From assembly GCA_965140705.1 (NCBI GenBank), contig OZ223300.1, positions 768,001 to 832,000 of the forward strand: 64,000 bases of DNA, given 5' to 3'. This stretch comes from an uncultured Arcobacter sp. (lineage in GTDB: Bacteria; Campylobacterota; Campylobacteria; Campylobacterales; Arcobacteraceae). How positions within the stretch are numbered: position 1 is the first letter of the stretch; each line of letters starts with the position of its first letter. Of the stretch, positions 58,579 through 64,000 are shown in pieces. The notes beneath the pieces were generated by a model. It was not told the origin of the DNA. It worked only from the letters and a program-made list of their open reading frames with translations, and did no database searches. The position numbers and the translations under genes are program-made.

Positions 58579-59459
58579 TTAAAAAAATTATTTATCTCAT
58601 TTATTACTTCAACAGGTTTCTCTTCAGGTAGAAAGTGTCCACAGTTAAGTGTTTTCCCACTTACGTTTATGGCATAATCTTCCCAAACTTTTAAAACATT
58701 ATAGGTTTTATTTATAAAGCCTTTTTCTCCCCAAAGAACTAAAAGAGGAGTATAAACTTTTTTATTTCTATCTTTTTTATCATCTTCCATATCAACAGTT
58801 GCAGCTGCTCTATAATCTTCACAAGTTGCATGTATTGACTCTTCATCAAAACATCTAATATATTCAGATATTGCTTCCTTATCAAATTTTTTTTCATAGG
58901 CAAGCTCTCTATTACTCCATCTTTTAAGTTTTTCTTCTAAATAATATGCTGGATTATAACCAATCATTGTTTCAGGAAGATTATTCGTTTGAATAAGAAA
59001 AAACCAATGATAATATCCTGTAGCAAATTCTTGATTTGTATTTTTAAACATATGATAAGTTGGTGCTATATCCATAATACAGGCTTTCAAAACATTTTTA
59101 GGATAATCTAAACAAATTCTATGGGTAACCCTAGCTCCCCTATCATGTCCTGCAACATAAAATTTATTAAAACCTAAATAGCTTAAAAGTTCAAACATAT
59201 CTTTTGCCATTGTTTTTTTTGAATAATTTTCATGGTTTTCTAAACCTTTAGGTTTTGAACTATCTCCATAACCCCTTAAATCAGGGCATATCACATAATA
59301 GTTTTTTGCTAATTCATTTGCAACTTTATGCCACATAACATGTGTTTGTGGATAACCATGTATCAATAATAATGGTTTTCCAACTCCTCCATGTTTAAAA
59401 TTGATTTTAATTTTATTAAGTTCTATTTTCTCTTCTTTAAAGATCTCTGAAAAAAGCAT
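58575..59459 (-). CDS. Alpha/beta hydrolase, haloacetate (fluoroacetate) dehalogenase-like
   Basis: HGYPQTH..WH, GHDRGARV, YYHWFF, CEDYRA, CGHFLPEE. Confidence 0.85.
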   Translation of the reverse strand: MLFSEIFKEEKIELNKIKINFKHGGVGKPLLLIHGYPQTHVMWHKVANELAKNYYVICPDLRGYGDSSKPKGLENHENYSKKTMAKDMFELLSYLGFNKFYVAGHDRGARVTHRICLDYPKNVLKACIMDIAPTYHMFKNTNQEFATGYYHWFFLIQTNNLPETMIGYNPAYYLEEKLKRWSNRELAYEKKFDKEAISEYIRCFDEESIHATCEDYRAAATVDMEDDKKDRNKKVYTPLLVLWGEKGFINKTYNVLKVWEDYAINVSGKTLNCGHFLPEEKPVEVINEINNFFK

Positions 59460-59585
59460 TATTATCCTTTTTGATTGATTTTAACAAAAAATAAATATAA
59501 AAATATAAATTTTTGTTAAATAATATACACTTCAAGAAAGATTAAAGTTAACTTAGATAAAATCACGGTTCTATTTTTATAGAAA

Positions 59586-59663
59586 CCTCACATGTGTCAA
59601 TCCTGGTCTGGGTTGTGACAAATTAATTTTAATTTGGCATTAAGGGGCACAGAGGCTAAACCC
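59586..59663 (+). promoter_or_regulatory. rpsB leader (S2 autoregulatory, t44-like structure)
   Basis: CCTC..TGTGTC pairs with GGCACAGAGG; GGGTT (59610) complements AACCC (59659); position before rpsB. Confidence 0.65.
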
Positions 59664-59689
59664 AAATAAACATAAAACAAGGAAAAAAC

Positions 59690-60490
59690 ATGGTTACAAT
59701 GAAAGACCTATTAGAATGTGGTGTACACTTCGGACACCAAACGAGAAGATGGAATCCAAAAATGAAAAAATATATTTTTGGTGTAAGAAAAAATATCTAT
59801 ATTATAGATTTACAAAAAACTTTAAGATACTTCAGATATACATATACTCTTATTAGAGATGCTGCTGCTGAAGGTCAAACAATGATGTTTGTTGGTACTA
59901 AAAAACAAGCTAGTCAAGCGGTTAAAGATGCTGCTATCTCTTGTGGTATGCCTTACGTTAACCATAGATGGTTAGGTGGGATGTTAACAAACTACGGAAC
60001 AATTAAAAAATCAATTAGAAAATTAGAAATTATTAAAAAAATGAGAGAAGAAGGTCAACTAGATCTTTTAACTAAAAAAGAAGCTTTAATGCTTTCAAGA
60101 AAAGAAGAAAAATTAGAATTATATCTTGGTGGTATCAAAGATATGACTAAACTACCTGATATGATGTTCGTACTTGATGCAGTTAAAGAAAAAATTGCTA
60201 TCGCAGAAGCTAGAAGATTAGGAATTACAGTTGTTGCTCCTTTAGATACAAACTGTGATCCAGATGTAGTTGATTGGCCAATTCCAGGAAATGATGATGC
60301 GATTAGATCAATTCAATTATTTTGTACTGAAATGGCTGCAGCTATGAATGAAGGAAAAGCAGCATACGCTGAAGCAAATGGTGAAGTTGTTGAAGATGCT
60401 GAACCTGTATCAAGTGAAGAAGTTGCTGAAGTAGTTGCAGAAGCAGTTGCTGAAGGTGAATCAGAAGTAGTAGAAACAGAGGAAGTATAA
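59690..60490 (+). CDS. rpsB: 30S ribosomal protein S2
   Basis: [36 protein letters not shown]. Confidence 0.99.
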   Translation: MVTMKDLLECGVHFGHQTRRWNPKMKKYIFGVRKNIYIIDLQKTLRYFRYTYTLIRDAAAEGQTMMFVGTKKQASQAVKDAAISCGMPYVNHRWLGGMLTNYGTIKKSIRKLEIIKKMREEGQLDLLTKKEALMLSRKEEKLELYLGGIKDMTKLPDMMFVLDAVKEKIAIAEARRLGITVVAPLDTNCDPDVVDWPIPGNDDAIRSIQLFCTEMAAAMNEGKAAYAEANGEVVEDAEPVSSEEVAEVVAEAVAEGESEVVETEEV

Positions 60491-60491
60491 T

Positions 60492-61538
60492 ATGGCTGGC
60501 GCAACTCCTAAATTAATAAAAGAATTAAGAGAAAAATCTGGTGCAGGTATGCTTGATTGTAAAACTGCATTAAATGAGTGTAATGGTAACTTAGATGAAG
60601 CTATGAAATATTTAAGAGAATCTGGTTTAGCAAAAGCTGCTAAAAAAGCTGGAAATGTAGCTGCAGAGGGTTTAATATCTATTTTAGTAAATGATGATGC
60701 TACAAAAGCTACTATGACAGAAATCAATTCTCAAACTGACTTCGTTGCAAAAAATGAGCAATTTATTGCTTTAACAAACGAAGTTACATCTCATGTACAA
60801 GCTGAAGGTTGTACTGAGAGAGAAGAACTATTAAAAACTACTATCAATGGTGTAAACTTTGAAGAGTATTTAAATAGTAAAATTGCAACAATTGGTGAAA
60901 ATATTGTAACTAGAAGAATGGCAACAATATCTTCTGATAATGGTGTTGTTAATGGTTATGTTCACTTAGGTAAAGTTGGGGTTATCTTAGCTGCTACTTG
61001 TGCTGATGGTGCAAAAGAAAAAACAAAAGAATTATTAAAAAAAGTTGCTATGCATGCAGCTTCTATGAAACCAACAGTTATCTCTTATAAAGATTTAGAT
61101 GCTGATTTTATTGAGTCTGAAAACAAAGCAATTATTGCTGATATTGAAAAATTAAATGAAGAATTAGTAAGACTTGGTAAACCATTAAAAAATATTCCTG
61201 AATTTGTTTCTCAAGTTCAATTAACTGATGAAGCTATTGCAGCTGCAGAAGCTAAAATGAAAGAGGAATTAATTGCAGAAGGTAAACCAGAGAAAATTAT
61301 TGGAAACATCGTTAAAGGTAAAATTGCTAGATGGATTGAAGATAATACTCAATTAGATAAAACTCATGCACTATTATCTCAAACTTACGTTATGGATGAT
61401 TCAATGACAGTTGAGCAAGCTATTAAAGCTTGTGATGAGTCTATTGAAATCGTTGAGTATGTAAGATTTGAACTTGGTGATGGTATCGAGAAAAAAGAAG
61501 AAGATTTTGCAGCAGAAGTTGCTGCTCAAATGGCTTAA
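60492..61538 (+). CDS. tsf: Elongation factor Ts
   Basis: KELREKSGAGMLDCK, TDFVAKN, FAAEVAAQ. Confidence 0.98.
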   Translation: MAGATPKLIKELREKSGAGMLDCKTALNECNGNLDEAMKYLRESGLAKAAKKAGNVAAEGLISILVNDDATKATMTEINSQTDFVAKNEQFIALTNEVTSHVQAEGCTEREELLKTTINGVNFEEYLNSKIATIGENIVTRRMATISSDNGVVNGYVHLGKVGVILAATCADGAKEKTKELLKKVAMHAASMKPTVISYKDLDADFIESENKAIIADIEKLNEELVRLGKPLKNIPEFVSQVQLTDEAIAAAEAKMKEELIAEGKPEKIIGNIVKGKIARWIEDNTQLDKTHALLSQTYVMDDSMTVEQAIKACDESIEIVEYVRFELGDGIEKKEEDFAAEVAAQMA

Positions 61539-61560
61539 TAAAAATTATTAAGAAATTACT

Positions 61561-61584
61561 AAAAAGGGGTTTCGACCTCTTTTT
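61561..61584 (+). terminator. Intrinsic terminator after tsf
   Basis: AAAAAGGGGT-TTCG-ACCTCTTTTT. Confidence 0.75.
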
Positions 61585-61602
61585 ATCTAAGACTGGAGAA
61601 AA

Positions 61603-62256
61603 ATGAACAACCAGCCTATACTACAAACTAAAAATATCTCTCATAAATTTGATTATGAATTATTTAATAATATAAATCTATCATTAGAAGAAAAAGAATC
61701 AATTGCTATTATTGGAAAAAGTGGAAGTGGAAAGTCAACTCTACTTAATATTATTTCTTCACTTTTAAAGCCAGATCAAGGTGAAGTACTTTTTAAAAAT
61801 CAAAACATTTATACTTTAAAAAATAAAAAGCTTTTAAACATAAGAAGAGAAGATTTTGGTATAATATTTCAAGCACATTATCTTTTTAGAGGTTTTACTG
61901 CAAATGAAAACTTACAAATTGCCCAATTTTTAAGTAAGAAGAAAGTAGATGAAAAACTTTTAGAGAGTTTAGATATAAAGCATGTCTTACATCAAGGTAT
62001 AGGTGAATTAAGTGGTGGTCAACAGCAAAGATTATCTATTGCTAGGGTTTTAACTAAAAAACCCAAAATAATTTTTGCTGATGAACCAACAGGAAATTTA
62101 GATAAAGATACTGCGCATGATGTAATGAATACTTTATTTGAATATATAAAGTCTAATAATGCTGGATTAGTTCTTGTAACACATGAAGAAGATATCGCTT
62201 TTAAATGTGACAAGGTTTATAAACTAGTTGATTTGGAACTACAGGAGATTAAGTGA
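61603..62256 (+). CDS. ABC transporter ATP-binding protein (LolD-like)
   Basis: GKSGSGKS, LSGGQQQR, FADEPTGNLD, VTH. Confidence 0.92.
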   Translation: MNNQPILQTKNISHKFDYELFNNINLSLEEKESIAIIGKSGSGKSTLLNIISSLLKPDQGEVLFKNQNIYTLKNKKLLNIRREDFGIIFQAHYLFRGFTANENLQIAQFLSKKKVDEKLLESLDIKHVLHQGIGELSGGQQQRLSIARVLTKKPKIIFADEPTGNLDKDTAHDVMNTLFEYIKSNNAGLVLVTHEEDIAFKCDKVYKLVDLELQEIK

Positions 62257-63041
62257 CTTTATTGTTGATTACAAAAACAAATATGATTATTAAAATTTTT
62301 GATTTGATATGTACGAAACTTGATATTAGGCTTTTTGTTCAAGAGAGTACAAACGTTAGCAAGAAGTATGATTTTGTAATTGTTGATCAAGATTTAATAG
62401 ATGATAAGTTTAATATTATTAAGCAATTTACTTCAAAAATTGGTGCAATCTCAAATGAAGAATTACCCTTTGATAAATCAAGGGATTTTCTAATTTCAAG
62501 ACCTTTTTTACCCCATGATTTATTTTCAATTCTAAACGAACAAATCTCAATAATAAATGAAGAAGCAAAAGAAGAAAGAGAAAATAAACATAAATATTCA
62601 CATGATGAAGCAGATGATGTTTCTGAATATATAGAAACTTTAGCAGATGATATTGCTTATGATATTGAAGATGAAAGTGATGAGAGTATTATTTCAGTTG
62701 CAGCACTTAAATCAGGTGGAATTTTAGATGTTGGTGAACTTGGCAAAATTAATAGTATTTTAAATGATGATGATCTTCAAAAGAGATTTGAAAAAGAGTT
62801 TACAGATGAATCAGAAATGAGTGAAACTGACTGGAAAGACCTCTCACAAATTATTGATGATGCCTTAGGTGAAGTAAAAGAGTATGAGTTTGATTTAGAG
62901 CAGAAAGAACCATATGAATTGATTTTAAGTAAATATAATATAGATGAATTAAGACCATTATTGACTAAATGTAATCAATCAATAATAGATAGACTATCTC
63001 AAGGTGAGATTGTAGATTTAAAATTATCAATAAGTAAGTAA
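62253..63041 (+). CDS. Acidic hypothetical protein with degenerate receiver-like N-terminus
   Basis: YDFVIVD..RPFLP N-terminus, acidic middle, GGILD motif. Confidence 0.7.
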   Translation: MTLLLITKTNMIIKIFDLICTKLDIRLFVQESTNVSKKYDFVIVDQDLIDDKFNIIKQFTSKIGAISNEELPFDKSRDFLISRPFLPHDLFSILNEQISIINEEAKEERENKHKYSHDEADDVSEYIETLADDIAYDIEDESDESIISVAALKSGGILDVGELGKINSILNDDDLQKRFEKEFTDESEMSETDWKDLSQIIDDALGEVKEYEFDLEQKEPYELILSKYNIDELRPLLTKCNQSIIDRLSQGEIVDLKLSISK

Positions 63042-63051
63042 GGGTAGAAAA

Positions 63052-63669
63052 TTGGTAAATGAAAAAAAAGGTGCGATATTAATCATATCAGGACCTAGTG
63101 GTTGTGGAAAATCAACTTTATTGAAAGAAGTATATAAAGATATTGATGATTATTATTTCTCTATCTCTTCTACTACAAGAGTTCCAAGAGTTGGAGAAAA
63201 AGATGGTGTTGATTATTTCTTTATTAGTAAAGAAGAGTTTTTAAAAGATATAGAAGCTGGATATTTTTTAGAGTGGGCAGAAGTCCATGGGAATTATTAT
63301 GGAACATCTTTAAAGCCAGTAATGAAAGCTGTAAATGAAGGAAAGTTAGCAATTTTTGATATTGATGTTCAAGGTCATGATATAGCTAGAAAAAAATTAA
63401 ATGATCTTATTACTTCTGTTTTTATTACAACACCAAATTTGAGTGAATTAGAAAATAGATTAAATAATAGAGCAACTGATAGCAAAGAGATTATAGAAAA
63501 TAGAATTAAAAATGCAAAAGAAGAGATAAAACATTTTCAAAAGTATGATTATTTTATAGTTAATGATGATTTACAAAAGGCTAGTAAAGAGCTTGTTAGT
63601 ATTGCAAATGTAGCTAGAATCAAAAGTAAAATTTTTGATTCAAAATTACCAAAGAGTTGGATAGATTAA
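63052..63669 (+). CDS. gmk: Guanylate kinase
   Basis: SGPSGCGKS, TTR.PR.GE.DGVDY, EWAEVHGNYYGT, DIDVQG. Confidence 0.97.
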   Translation: MVNEKKGAILIISGPSGCGKSTLLKEVYKDIDDYYFSISSTTRVPRVGEKDGVDYFFISKEEFLKDIEAGYFLEWAEVHGNYYGTSLKPVMKAVNEGKLAIFDIDVQGHDIARKKLNDLITSVFITTPNLSELENRLNNRATDSKEIIENRIKNAKEEIKHFQKYDYFIVNDDLQKASKELVSIANVARIKSKIFDSKLPKSWID

Positions 63670-64000
63670 ATCTTATCTTTACTCTCAGGTTTTCCAAAGT
63701 GATAACCTTGGCAGTAATCAATATTTAACTCTTTGATTTTTTCATAAATTTCTTCTGATGATACAAATTCTGCAACAGTTTTAAATCCAAATTTCTTAGA
63801 GAAATCAGCAATTGTTTCAACAATAATTTGTTGGTTTTTAGAAGTATCAATATTTTTTATTAGTGAACCATCAATTTTTACAAAGTCAATATTTAAATTT
63901 GTAAGCATGTTAAAGTTAGAGTATCCAGCACCAAAGTCATCCACTCCTACACTACAACCTAAAGATTTAACCTTATCAATAAATGTAGTAACTGTAGCAA
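63666..64000 (-). CDS. EAL domain protein, C-terminal part; begins beyond the window end
   Basis: DDFGAGYS, KIDGSLI, VAEFV, QGYHF. Confidence 0.88.
   Translation of the reverse strand, partial: ATVTTFIDKVKSLGCSVGVDDFGAGYSNFNMLTNLNIDFVKIDGSLIKNIDTSKNQQIIVETIADFSKKFGFKTVAEFVSSEEIYEKIKELNIDYCQGYHFGKPESKDKI

Noticed and set aside
5702..62213. Short ORFs antisense to or nested in real genes (e.g. 5702, 6780, 7188, 18372, 23929, 27384, 35538, 39942, 47491, 51487, 54260, 57943, 60461, 62019)
   Set aside because: Shadow frames of well-supported genes, with no recognisable motifs

Overview
AT-rich chromosomal window from a Campylobacterota bacterium. Gene content and order suggest Arcobacteraceae (inference). 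Most of it is core or metabolic: eat-eutBC, hisA/hisH, lepA, prs, two tandem mnmA, folK, aroQ, sppA, a pta/ackA/ActP-like acetate cluster, a duplicated Lys-Glu-Val-Asp tRNA operon, mqo, ileS, murE, a MoxR/vWA operon, rpsB-tsf and gmk. The main accessory element is a lone 1445-aa NLR-like gene (27242-31579) with the architecture unknown N-terminus, TIR, NACHT NTPase, degenerate pentapeptide-like linker and 14 near-identical 111-bp (37-aa) WD40-like repeats. The few differences between repeats are mostly non-synonymous and cluster where the ligand-binding face of a beta-propeller would be, as in fungal HET-E/NWD receptors. A conserved, covarying hairpin element lies directly upstream of it, and a second copy lies after lepA. 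Both copies sit at core-gene/accessory-gene junctions. Other points of interest: tandem C-type and D-type MnmA, a SCO gene coupled to a His/Met-rich membrane chemoreceptor, a DUF294 nucleotidyltransferase plus DEDDh nuclease beside an ActP-like permease, an orphan CowN-like gene and a comF remnant. No integrase, transposase, reverse transcriptase or CRISPR array was seen. All calls come from reading motifs by eye; no database search was run.
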